14,753 nucleotides of DNA from Myxococcales bacterium (GCA_043747615.1 JAYTOU010000001.1:1-14753); one strand, 5' to 3'; shown: positions 1 through 8,118, numbered from the stretch's first letter. The notes: generated from the sequence alone by a model not told the origin. Program-made: numbers and translations.

Positions 1-1
1 T

Positions 2-1633
2 GGCACCGGCGGCATGGGCGTCGTCCTCGCGGCCGTTCACATCGAGCTGGAGGAGCGCGTCGCGCTGAAGCTCCTCAGGGTGGAGTTTCACGGCGACAAG
101 GAAGTGGTGGGTCGCTTCGCACGCGAGGCGAAGGCTGCTGTCCGCATCAAGAGCGAGTATTCGGCCGCCGTCTACGACGTGGGAGTGGACCCCGTGCGTG
201 GCCCCTTCATGGTGATGGAGTATCTCGATGGCCAGGACCTTGCCGAGACCGTCACGAAGAACGGGCCCCTCCCCGTTCGGCGCGCCGTCGAATACGTCAT
301 GCAAGCGTGCGAAGCGCTCTCCGTCGCGCACGCCATCGGGATCACCCACCGCGACGTGAAGCCCGAGAACCTCTTTGTCACCAAGCGCGGCGACGGTCGC
401 GAGGTCGTGAAGGTATTGGATTTCGGGATCTCGAAGTTTGCGTTGACGGGCTCCACATTTGGAACGCACTCGCCCGTCACGACCCAAGGGCTCATGGGAT
501 CGCCCGTGTACATGTCTCCCGAGCAGATTCGCTCGACGGCGGACGTCGACCACCGTGCCGACATCTGGTCGCTTGGCGCCGTGCTCTACGAAATTCTCAC
601 CGGACGGTGTGCCTTCGACGGGGAGTCAATCACCGAGGTCTGCGCCAAAGTCCTCGAGGCGGCGCCCGAGGCCATCGCCCAGCATCGGCCGGATATCACA
701 CCCGCCCTAGCGGCCGTCATCGAGCGGTGCCTCCAGAAGAACGTGAAGGATCGCTTTCAAAACACGGCCGAGCTCGCCATCGCGCTGCTCCCGTTTGCTC
801 CAAGCCGCGCGCGCGCGTGCGCGCAGCGATCCATGTCCATTCTCACGGCCGCAGGCGTGTCGGTCTCGGGGCTCGATCTTTCCTCGCACAGCAGCATGCC
901 GCCCAGCTCGGCCCAGCTCGCGCCGCTCTTGATTCCAGCGGGGGACAAGCTGCCCCGCGATCTCGCCGCCGCCGCCGGCCTCTCTGCGTCGGCGCGCCCT
1001 GAAGCGTCGCCCAAGCCGCCCCCGGAGACGCTCGCGGCGTCCGACGGAGCCCCGGCCGAAGAGCCCGAGCCCAAGAAGTTGGGGGTTTTCATCGGCGCGG
1101 GCGTCGCAGTCATCTTGCTCTGCCTCCTGGGGGCATTTGTTTTCTTGCGTCAACGGCCCCCATCCGTGCCGCAGGAGCCTCGATCCCGGGCCGCCCTACT
1201 CGAGAGCGAGCCGTCGGGTGCAGCGGTCTTCAATGATGGTCTGGCCATCGGAACGACTCCCTTGGAAATCCATCTCGACGTTGGCCTTCGCGCTTTGAAA
1301 TTTTCAAAAGCGGGATTCGAGAATGAAACCATCAATGTCACGGTGAGCCCGCGCGACAGTGAACCTGTTCGCCAGCGCGTCGAGCTCCGCGCCGTCGGCT
1401 CGGCTGCGCCGGTTTCGCCCCAGCTCGCACCACAAGCTCGCCCCCTCCCGGAAAAGCCACACCTGCCCGCCTTCGCTGCGCCACCACCGCCGGTGGCCGG
1501 CAAAAAACCCGCACCACCGACGTCCGTGTCCGCACCGCCACCGTCACCACCCCTACAGCCATCCAGCACGCCACCGCCGCCGCCGCGCGCGAAGTTGGTC
1601 GACGACAAGCCGCGCGTGCCCATCGTCAATTGA
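2..1633 (+). CDS. Membrane-anchored Ser/Thr protein kinase with PEGA-like domain and Pro-rich tail; 5' end lies outside the window
   Basis: The frame opens within the Gly-rich loop (GTGGMGVV), so the Met at 14 is internal. Motifs VALK, HRDVKPEN, DFG, YMSPEQ, DIWSLG; TM segment LGVFIGAGVAVILLCLLGAFVFL; PEGA-like LESEPSGAAVFNDGLAIGTTPL. Confidence 0.95.
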   Translation, partial: GTGGMGVVLAAVHIELEERVALKLLRVEFHGDKEVVGRFAREAKAAVRIKSEYSAAVYDVGVDPVRGPFMVMEYLDGQDLAETVTKNGPLPVRRAVEYVMQACEALSVAHAIGITHRDVKPENLFVTKRGDGREVVKVLDFGISKFALTGSTFGTHSPVTTQGLMGSPVYMSPEQIRSTADVDHRADIWSLGAVLYEILTGRCAFDGESITEVCAKVLEAAPEAIAQHRPDITPALAAVIERCLQKNVKDRFQNTAELAIALLPFAPSRARACAQRSMSILTAAGVSVSGLDLSSHSSMPPSSAQLAPLLIPAGDKLPRDLAAAAGLSASARPEASPKPPPETLAASDGAPAEEPEPKKLGVFIGAGVAVILLCLLGAFVFLRQRPPSVPQEPRSRAALLESEPSGAAVFNDGLAIGTTPLEIHLDVGLRALKFSKAGFENETINVTVSPRDSEPVRQRVELRAVGSAAPVSPQLAPQARPLPEKPHLPAFAAPPPPVAGKKPAPPTSVSAPPPSPPLQPSSTPPPPPRAKLVDDKPRVPIVN

Positions 1634-1656
1634 GTCTGCATCTGGAGAGAAAGAAA

Positions 1657-2475
1657 ATGCGAACCCGTGGCTTTGCGCTTCGAATTCCGGTTGGTGCCGC
1701 ACTGATGACGTTCGCGGCCCTCTCGTTCTCGCCCCTGGCGCAGGCGCAGGAAGCGACGCCGCCGGCCTCTGCCGATCCAGGGAAGGCGAGTGCGGCGGCC
1801 AAGCTCGTGGATGAAGGCACGGCCTTTTACCAGGCTCGCGAGTATCGGCACGCGGCGGAAAAGTTCTTCGAAGCTTACGCTCTCGATGCCGATCCGAACC
1901 TTCTCTACAACATTGCCAAGTGTTACGAAGCGGTGGGAGACACCGCGGGGGCGATCGAGAAATATGAAACCTTTCTCTCGAAACCAGGCGGTGATCCGGT
2001 CGGGCGGGGGAAGGCCCAACATTCGCTGGATGCGCTCAAGGCGGGCGGCGGCCCCGTCACGGGACAATCCGGCGCGGGGGCCGGGAAGCCAGGGGGGGAG
2101 AAGGCGGCGCCTCCGGAGAGCAAACCTCCATACACGCTCATCTTCGTGACGCTCGGCGTCGGCGTGGCCGCTGCGACGGTCGGCACCATCGTCTACGCGA
2201 TGGGCGCCAGCGATCACAAACAGGTCACGAGCGCACCGGGGTACAACACGCCCGGGCAAGTCGATGGAATGACGTCCGCCCGCGCGCAGGAGCTGGTGGA
2301 TAGCGGAACATCGAAGAAGACGATCGGAGGCGTGACCATCGCCGTCGGTGGAGCAGCCATTGTGACGTCCGCTGTCGTCTACTTCGTCACGCGTAAATCC
2401 AATGCGGAGGCGGTGACGGTAGGCGTCGCGCCCGCGTTGGGCGGCGGTTCATTTCTGGTTCAAGGGAGATTCTAG
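1657..2475 (+). CDS. Exported tetratricopeptide-repeat protein with two C-terminal hydrophobic segments
   Basis: GGAG at 1644-1647 precedes ATG 1657; signal peptide ending AQA; TPR helices (GTAFYQAREYRHAAEKFFEAYAL, LLYNIAKCYEAVGDTAGAIEKYETFL); ends SFLVQGRF. Confidence 0.85.
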   Translation: MRTRGFALRIPVGAALMTFAALSFSPLAQAQEATPPASADPGKASAAAKLVDEGTAFYQAREYRHAAEKFFEAYALDADPNLLYNIAKCYEAVGDTAGAIEKYETFLSKPGGDPVGRGKAQHSLDALKAGGGPVTGQSGAGAGKPGGEKAAPPESKPPYTLIFVTLGVGVAAATVGTIVYAMGASDHKQVTSAPGYNTPGQVDGMTSARAQELVDSGTSKKTIGGVTIAVGGAAIVTSAVVYFVTRKSNAEAVTVGVAPALGGGSFLVQGRF

Positions 2476-3960
2476 ATGATGCGGCCGACTTTTCTTGCTC
2501 TTAGCGGTGTGACGATCTTCCTCGGAGCGGCGTGCTCCTCTCCTTCACTCACTGGCACGACCTTTTCTTGCCAGACGTCTGCCGACTGCACGGGCGGTCT
2601 CGTGTGCACCCCAGTGGGCACCACGAAGGGGTGTGTCGCCGCCTCCACCGCGCCACTGAGGATCGGAATGAGCGCCGCGCTAAAGGGCTCCAGCGGCGCG
2701 CTCGGCACCGAGATGAAACACGGGATCGACGCCGCGTTCAAGGCCTTCAATGCAGCCGGTGGAGTCAACGGCCGCGAGCTCGTGCTCGACGCCAGGGACG
2801 ACAACTACGATCCGATGCTGGCCGTCGCGAACGTGAACAGCCTGATCGACTTTCAGGCGCCTGGCCCCCCTGACATGCCCGACATGACGGGGCCGAACAA
2901 GGTCATCGCGCTGCTCGGCGACGTCGGCACTCCCACGATGCTGACGACCTTTCCGATCGCCATCAAGAACGGCGTCGTCTTCTTCGCGCCGTTCACCGGA
3001 GCGCAGAAGTTCCTTCGCGATGGCACGAACTCCAAGTTCTCGTTCAACTACCGGGCCGGGTACAACGACGAAACCGAGGCCATGGTCGACTACATCACCA
3101 GGTTTCGTACCCCGAGAATTACCGATGCTGCGCACATCATGGTCTTCGCGCAAAACGACGGCTACGGTGACGCCGGCTACAAGGGCGTCGCCGCCGCATA
3201 CAACAAGAACACGCCGCCGCTCCCCCCCGCTCCCACGACGGGAATTAAGCGAATCGACTACGATCGCGCTGACCCGACCGGCGCGCAGACCAAAGCCGCA
3301 GCAATTCAGGCCGAGGCGTACCTCGAGGCACTCCCCCCCCCGGTGGCGCCCGCGACGAAGACTTCCGTGGCGATCGCGATGATCGATACGTACCAAGCCG
3401 CAAGTACCTTCATCCGGCTCGTGAAGCTGTGGCTCAACGAGAACGCGACCCGCGCGAATCTTTACGACCTCAACTTCATCAACGTCTCGTTCGTGGGGGC
3501 CGACGCGCTGGCTGCGCAGTTGAAGAATTTTCCCGACACGTATCCCGACGTCAGCGACCCCATGAAAATGAATTCCTACGCGCAAGGGGTCATGGTCACG
3601 CAGGTCGTTCCCTATTACCTGGCGTCGTCACCGGCGGCGATCACGTACCGGAAAGACATCATGACGCTCGATCAGGGCTTCACCTTCAATTTTACTTCGT
3701 TCGAAGGTCACCTCGCCGCGCGTCTCTTCATCGAAGGTATCAAAGCGAACGGGCCGGTATTCGATGGGCCAACCCTCGCGCAGACGTTCGAGACGAAGGT
3801 CATGAACGCGGACCTCGGTATCCAAGTTCCCATCGGGTTCTCGTCCATAAACCACCAGGGTTTACACACGGTGTGGTTTTCGACGATGAAGGCGGACGCA
3901 ACGTTCGACGTGTCGAACAAGTGGGATCCGGTCACGCCCGGTCACATCTCGCCGAACTAA
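2476..3960 (+). CDS. Lipoprotein, type I periplasmic-binding fold (Leu/Ile/Val-binding-like) with N-terminal Cys-rich segment
   Basis: Lipobox-like LGAAC; LRIGMSAALKG, GGVNGRELVL..DDNYDP, VGTPT, NYRAGY, TQVVP, SFEG; ATG directly follows the upstream TAG. Confidence 0.9.
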   Translation: MMRPTFLALSGVTIFLGAACSSPSLTGTTFSCQTSADCTGGLVCTPVGTTKGCVAASTAPLRIGMSAALKGSSGALGTEMKHGIDAAFKAFNAAGGVNGRELVLDARDDNYDPMLAVANVNSLIDFQAPGPPDMPDMTGPNKVIALLGDVGTPTMLTTFPIAIKNGVVFFAPFTGAQKFLRDGTNSKFSFNYRAGYNDETEAMVDYITRFRTPRITDAAHIMVFAQNDGYGDAGYKGVAAAYNKNTPPLPPAPTTGIKRIDYDRADPTGAQTKAAAIQAEAYLEALPPPVAPATKTSVAIAMIDTYQAASTFIRLVKLWLNENATRANLYDLNFINVSFVGADALAAQLKNFPDTYPDVSDPMKMNSYAQGVMVTQVVPYYLASSPAAITYRKDIMTLDQGFTFNFTSFEGHLAARLFIEGIKANGPVFDGPTLAQTFETKVMNADLGIQVPIGFSSINHQGLHTVWFSTMKADATFDVSNKWDPVTPGHISPN

Positions 3961-4243
3961 CCTGCGCGCGTGGCGCCGATCGCGAAGAGGGCGAGCCCGA
4001 GCAGCATGGCAAGCGCGAGCTTCCACGTCGTCTCGAAGCCGCCCCAGTAGATGATGAGGTTCGCCGAACAGAAGCCGACCGGGAGGAGCACGCTTGGCAT
4101 CGGCATCCGGTAGGAACGTGAGCGGCCTCCATCCACACGGTGAAGCGCCGCGAGTGACACCGGCGCGAACGCATACATGATCGCCGTCGCACCGGTGACC
4201 ACGTTGACGAGCGCAGACCAGCTCTTGAAGGGCCCGAGGGCGC
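3957..4243 (-). pseudogene. Fragment of an APC-family amino-acid permease
   Basis: GPFKSWSALVNVVTGATAIMYAFAPVSLAAL...RSYRMP...ANLIIYWGGF resembles late TM helices of APC permeases. Only about 95 codons remain; the 5' side stops at the TTTCCTAC element end. Confidence 0.8.
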
Positions 4244-4288
4244 GTAGGAAATCGAACGAGCTTTTGAAAAGCAAGAGCCTGCACTCTC
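4244..4288 (+). repeat. Diverged partial relative of the 107-bp junction element, opposite orientation
   Basis: GTAGGAAA (4244-4251), 19 nt, GCAAG (4271-4275), the same spacing as in the reverse complement of both 107-bp copies; 23/37 ungapped identities by hand; begins where the permease frame is cut. Confidence 0.55.
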
Positions 4289-4646
4289 TGCCAACGTGCG
4301 TGAGACCAGCGCCCCCTCGTAGTTTTGTGTAGCACGGCGAGATGGAACTCTCGTGAACTCATCATCCCATTTATCCTCGATCCCCATGACCGAGGTGCAG
4401 TCGAAACCGGAGCGCAGACGTTTCACCGCAGCGTACAAAAAGAAGATCCTGGCGGAGGTTGCCGCTTGTAAGGAGCGCGGCGAAGTCGGGGCGCTTCTTC
4501 GTCGCGAAGGCCTGTACTCGTCGCATGTCGCTGCTTGGCGTAGTGCCCGCGATCGAGGCGATCTCGCCCGCCTCGAACCCAAGAAGCGTGGTCCAAAGGC
4601 GAAGGTCGTCGACGCGCGTGACAAGGAAATCACCGAGCTTCGTCGC
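4289..4646 (+). mobile_element. IS3-family remnant: left end plus truncated OrfA
   Basis: Begins TGCCAACGTGCGTGAGAC (TG terminus, plausible left IR). From ATG 4386 it encodes TEVQSKPERRRFTAAYKKKILAE..GEVGALLRREGLYSSHVAAWR, an OrfA HTH pattern. Similarity stops after ITELRR; no OrfB or right IR is visible. Confidence 0.85.
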
Positions 4647-4690
4647 CACCATCTTCGTACTTCGCGAGTTATGTCGCCTTTTCGCCCAAC

Positions 4691-5710
4691 GCCTGCGATC
4701 CTGCGTCGAAGGTGAGCACCTATGCCGGCGCGACCCCGGGCAAGCGGACTTCGTTCATCGCTCCCGACGTGAACCCGAGCTGTCCGTACGCGAGCGATGC
4801 CACGCATCCCGAGGTCCTCTTCTTCAACATGGACAAGGACAACATGGCGAGCGCCGCTCTCGCGCACGATGCCGGGCTCATGAGCCGCGTCTACTACGGC
4901 GGTCTCACCGGCGGCCTCGACGACGTTGCGTCCTTCTAACAAGCGAAGAATTTGAAGACGAGCTTCCTCGCCACGAACAAGGTCAACGCCGAGTCCGACC
5001 CTTGGGCGCGCACCTACCAGACGACGACAGGGTGGCCATTCGCCTGCTTCGGACCATGCGCCGAGGCCTACGCGGAGCAGGTGCGGACGCTCGGCGTGAT
5101 GGTCGAGTCCGCGGATTTGTTCGGAACGATGGATAGCCTTTTCTTCCTTCACGAGCAGGCCACTGCCGCGATGGCGATGGCGACGTGGACGAGCATGATC
5201 TCGGTCGTGAGCTCGCACGTCGACGCATTCGCGAAGGGCTGCCTGATGGCCCGAGCGTCCGAGGAGGACGATGCCGCGTACTTCGCGGTGTGCCGCACAG
5301 CCGACGTGCACGTCCTTCGCGTGCAGTACCGAGCGTTGAAGGGGGCGGGCACGGCGTCGACGGAAGTGACCATCGCCTCTCCGATGAACCTGAGCTCCGA
5401 GAGCTCTTTTTTCGTTCGCCTGGTGCTCGAGCCCGGAGGAGCGGCGGGAACGACGACGGCTTCGGGTGACGGCTCGGTCGACGGCCGCACGTGGACGCGC
5501 ATCGACAGCCACGTGATGACGGATCCCCTTGTTTTTCCGGGCGTTGCGGCAAGCGCCTACGGCAACGCGGGAGGCGTGAACTTCCTCCTCTCGAACCTCA
5601 CGTTCGACCAAGGCGGAATGAAGCGCAATGTCGTGAGGGCGAGCCTGCCGACCGATTCCATCATCGGCGGGGCGAGGAAAGGCTCTGCGTTCGACGGTTT
5701 TTTTCCGTAG
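4691..5710 (+). pseudogene. 5'-truncated gene with internal TAA; end of a PI-PLC-like domain plus a ConA/DUF1349-like beta-sandwich
   Basis: ORFs 4712-4939 and 4952-5710 share a frame, split only by TAA 4937-4939. SRVY...FLATNKVN..DPWART recalls bacterial PI-PLC-like proteins; ADLFGTMDS..AKGCLMAR..SVDGRTWT recalls DUF1349-like domains. Family calls are from memory. Confidence 0.6.
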
Positions 5711-5945
5711 AGCCAGCGCCCTCGAACCGAGCTAGCGGAGCGAGCGTTCTGCCCAGTCGGCAGCACGTTGCACCTGAACGTGCACCCGACTCCCTTCGAG
5801 GCCATTTCTCCGCGGCGCGTCCAAAGATTCGAGGACGGTGCGTTCGGATTGAGGAATTCGCCAGCGCACGGGGCTACGCCGATCGTTGCAAGAACGAACG
5901 TAATGCATGTACATTACATGCTGGTTTCTTTCCGGTTCGATCGGC

Positions 5946-6902
5946 TCAGCGCATGCGAATCGCGACGTAGTCCTGCGGGAACCAATTTGGGATATGCACG
6001 CCCGAGCCGCCCTGAAGCTGGAGGGTGAGGGTGTGGTCTTGGATGTTGATGTCGCAATTGGCTTCTTCGATGATGTGCGCTTGACCGGCCGCTTGATCGA
6101 CCCAGCCCGCGAAGAGCATGATGTGCTCGTCCGGCACTGAGTTCAGCGCGTCGCCAGGCTGCAGATTGGATGCGTCGACTTCGTAGCTGACGGAGGTGTC
6201 GAAGGGGGCAAAGTCGTGGGTCCGAAGCCCACCGCTGTCCCCGGCAGGAAGACCCCACGCCCACGACACGAGCCCCGAGCAGTCGGATCGGTAAACGTTC
6301 CACGCCGCGCTGTCCGGACGGGTGCACGTCTTGAAGCAGATGTTGCTGTCGTATTGATGATTCTGAATCCCGCAATATGGCATTCCGACTGCGACCCACT
6401 GCTCTGCGCGCGACACCACGTCCCCCGCGCCCGCCCCTTTGCACATGTCGTTTTCGCCGGCCGGCATCACCTGACACCCCGCGCTGCACGCTGTGACCTT
6501 CGCCGTCTTTTTCGCGGCGCAGTGATAGAGCTTTGCGGCAGTGTCGCCAGCGTCGAGAGAGGCGGCGCAGTAGTCGCCGTCGCCCAGCGTGGCCTTCGCG
6601 CAAGGGTCCGCGGCCGGTGGTGCCGCGCACACGTCGTTCTGTCCGTTCGGCATGATCTTGCAGCCGTTGGTGCATGCGACTCGCTTCGTGCTGGTGCCGC
6701 CGACGCAGGTGTAGAGGTTGCCTGAGGTCGCGTTTGGGTTGAGCGATTTTGCGCAGTACGCGCCGTCGCCGAACTTCGCCGCTGAGCACGGTGAGGCGCC
6801 GAGCGCTTCGTCCGTGGATCCAGATTCGGCCGGCTCTCCCGCCGACTGCCCGCAACCGATCAACACCAATCCCAAAATGCAGAAGGTCTTTCGCACTCGC
6901 AT
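5946..6902 (-). CDS. Lipoprotein with two six-Cys repeats and a C-terminal NlpC/P60-like cell-wall peptidase domain
   Basis: Signal MRVRKTFCILGLVLIGC; RAEQWV..PY, YRSDCSGLVSWAWGL, LQPGDALN..HIMLFAGW supply the catalytic Cys and His. Start chosen from the signal peptide and promoter position. Confidence 0.85.
   Translation of the reverse strand: MRVRKTFCILGLVLIGCGQSAGEPAESGSTDEALGASPCSAAKFGDGAYCAKSLNPNATSGNLYTCVGGTSTKRVACTNGCKIMPNGQNDVCAAPPAADPCAKATLGDGDYCAASLDAGDTAAKLYHCAAKKTAKVTACSAGCQVMPAGENDMCKGAGAGDVVSRAEQWVAVGMPYCGIQNHQYDSNICFKTCTRPDSAAWNVYRSDCSGLVSWAWGLPAGDSGGLRTHDFAPFDTSVSYEVDASNLQPGDALNSVPDEHIMLFAGWVDQAAGQAHIIEEANCDINIQDHTLTLQLQGGSGVHIPNWFPQDYVAIRMR
6441..6788 (-). repeat. Two tandem 54-aa Cys-rich protein repeats (6627-6788 and 6441-6602)
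   Basis: Both have C-x10-C-x15-C-x10-C-x3-C-x10-C with shared GDGxYC, LYxC and MPxGxNDxC. Confidence 0.9.
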
Positions 6903-6932
6903 GTAAGGCCTGCCTTTCATGCTGAACTGCAT

Positions 6933-6949
6933 CGCAAGGGATGTGCCGA
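6933..6949 (-). promoter_or_regulatory. Sigma54 (-24/-12) promoter for the NlpC/P60 lipoprotein gene
   Basis: Minus strand TCGGCAC-ATCCC-TTGCG against consensus TGGCAC-N5-TTGC, with exact GG-N10-GC spacing, about 30 bp upstream of ATG 6902. Confidence 0.75.
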
Positions 6950-7042
6950 TGCCGCGTCGTCGTGAATTTGCGCGCGTTCGCTCGTTTGCGCGGCAGCCGG
7001 GCGTTTGCCGACGTCTCGTGCGGGTGGCATCGAGCAAGTCGG

Positions 7043-7061
7043 GGGTGGCGGCCTGCCACCC
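7043..7061. promoter_or_regulatory. Inverted repeat; candidate activator binding site or terminator of the upstream kinase gene
   Basis: GGGTGGC-ggcct-GCCACCC, with a further GGGTGGC at 7022-7028; about 95-110 bp upstream of the sigma54 motif; no U-tract. Confidence 0.35.
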
Positions 7062-7112
7062 AGGGTTACTTCGGCCTCTTCCTCGCGTGGGGGACGAAGG
7101 CCTAGGCCTGCA

Positions 7113-8036
7113 TCAACGGGATGCGGCGAGGACCCGACTCACGGCGCGGGCAATCTCCTCTCTGGGATCGCTCAGTCCGAAGGACGACGCAAGTCGCTCG
7201 AGACGCTCTGCGGCGTCGGCCGCGCTCCGAGGCCGGCTCACCGGGAACTTTGCAAGCATCGCGCTCACGAGCGCGTCGATCTCGGGCGAGATTCCGGGCG
7301 CCTTCATCGAAGGGGGAAATGCGGACTCGTCTCGTACGGCGCGCGCGGTGGCCGTCTCCGAGTCGCGTTTCCAGAGTGAGGCTCCCGTCAACATCTCCCA
7401 AAGCACCACGCCAAGGGAAAACAGATCGGCGCGCGCATCGACCTGAAGCCCGCCCAGTTGCTCAGGCGCCATGTAGCTCAACTTGCCCTTGATGAGGCCG
7501 GTTCGCGTCGCGGTGAGTTGCAGCGCACTCTTGGCGACGCCGAAGTCGAGTAGCTTGACCTCTCCGTCCAGGGTCGCGAATACGTTGTGCGGAGAGACGT
7601 CGCGATGCACGACGCCGAGCTCCTCGCCGCCCTCGTTTCGCAGGGTATGTGCATACTGCAAACCACGGGCGACCCGGGCAGCGATGGCGCACGCAAGGCC
7701 GGGCTGAAGACGCATGCCGGCGCGCCCCGCATGGGCAAGCATCTGGCGAAGGTCGCATCCTTCGAGGTGCTCCATGGCAATGAACGGCAGGCCTCCTCCT
7801 TGGCCAACGGCAAGAACGCGCACGATGTTCGGGTGCACGAGCTTCATCGCCAGGCGACCCTCGTCTTCGAAGAGCGCAAGAAAGTCTTCGGCGTCCGCCA
7901 AGTTCTCGAGCACCCGCTTCACGACGACGACGCGTTCGCGGCCATCGGGATGCGTCTCCGTCGCCAGGTATACCTCCGCCATTCCGCCGATCGCCAGGCG
8001 CGACAGACGTCGATACGTCGCTCGGGGGCCTTGCAT
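7113..8036 (-). CDS. Ser/Thr protein kinase, catalytic domain only
   Basis: LAIGGMAEVY, VVVKR, HRDVSPHN, DFGVAK, GKLSYMAPEQ, DLFSLG; no TM segment; 307 aa. Confidence 0.93.
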   Translation of the reverse strand: MQGPRATYRRLSRLAIGGMAEVYLATETHPDGRERVVVVKRVLENLADAEDFLALFEDEGRLAMKLVHPNIVRVLAVGQGGGLPFIAMEHLEGCDLRQMLAHAGRAGMRLQPGLACAIAARVARGLQYAHTLRNEGGEELGVVHRDVSPHNVFATLDGEVKLLDFGVAKSALQLTATRTGLIKGKLSYMAPEQLGGLQVDARADLFSLGVVLWEMLTGASLWKRDSETATARAVRDESAFPPSMKAPGISPEIDALVSAMLAKFPVSRPRSAADAAERLERLASSFGLSDPREEIARAVSRVLAASR

Positions 8037-8118
8037 CTGAGTGAGTGTAGCGTCCCCGAGGCCTTCCGTACCGCGGCTTGCGGGAAGGAGTCATGCCTGC
8101 GAAGATCGTCATTCGATC

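Noticed and set aside
2476..4243. Binding protein plus permease as one transport system
   Set aside because: The genes are convergent, the permease is a fragment, and APC carriers are not ABC components.
4684..4690. GCCCAAC as an attC inverse core
   Set aside because: A single 7-mer with no matching downstream GTTRRRY hairpin.
4937..4939. Stop-codon recoding
   Set aside because: TAA is not a Sec or Pyl codon and ends other genes here (3958-3960); the gene is already truncated.
3932..5611. Long alternative-frame ORFs (e.g. 3932-5611 -, 1150-2259 -, 7462-8655 -, 12989-13885 +)
   Set aside because: Arg/Ala-rich shadow frames typical of high-GC DNA, overlapping better-supported genes.
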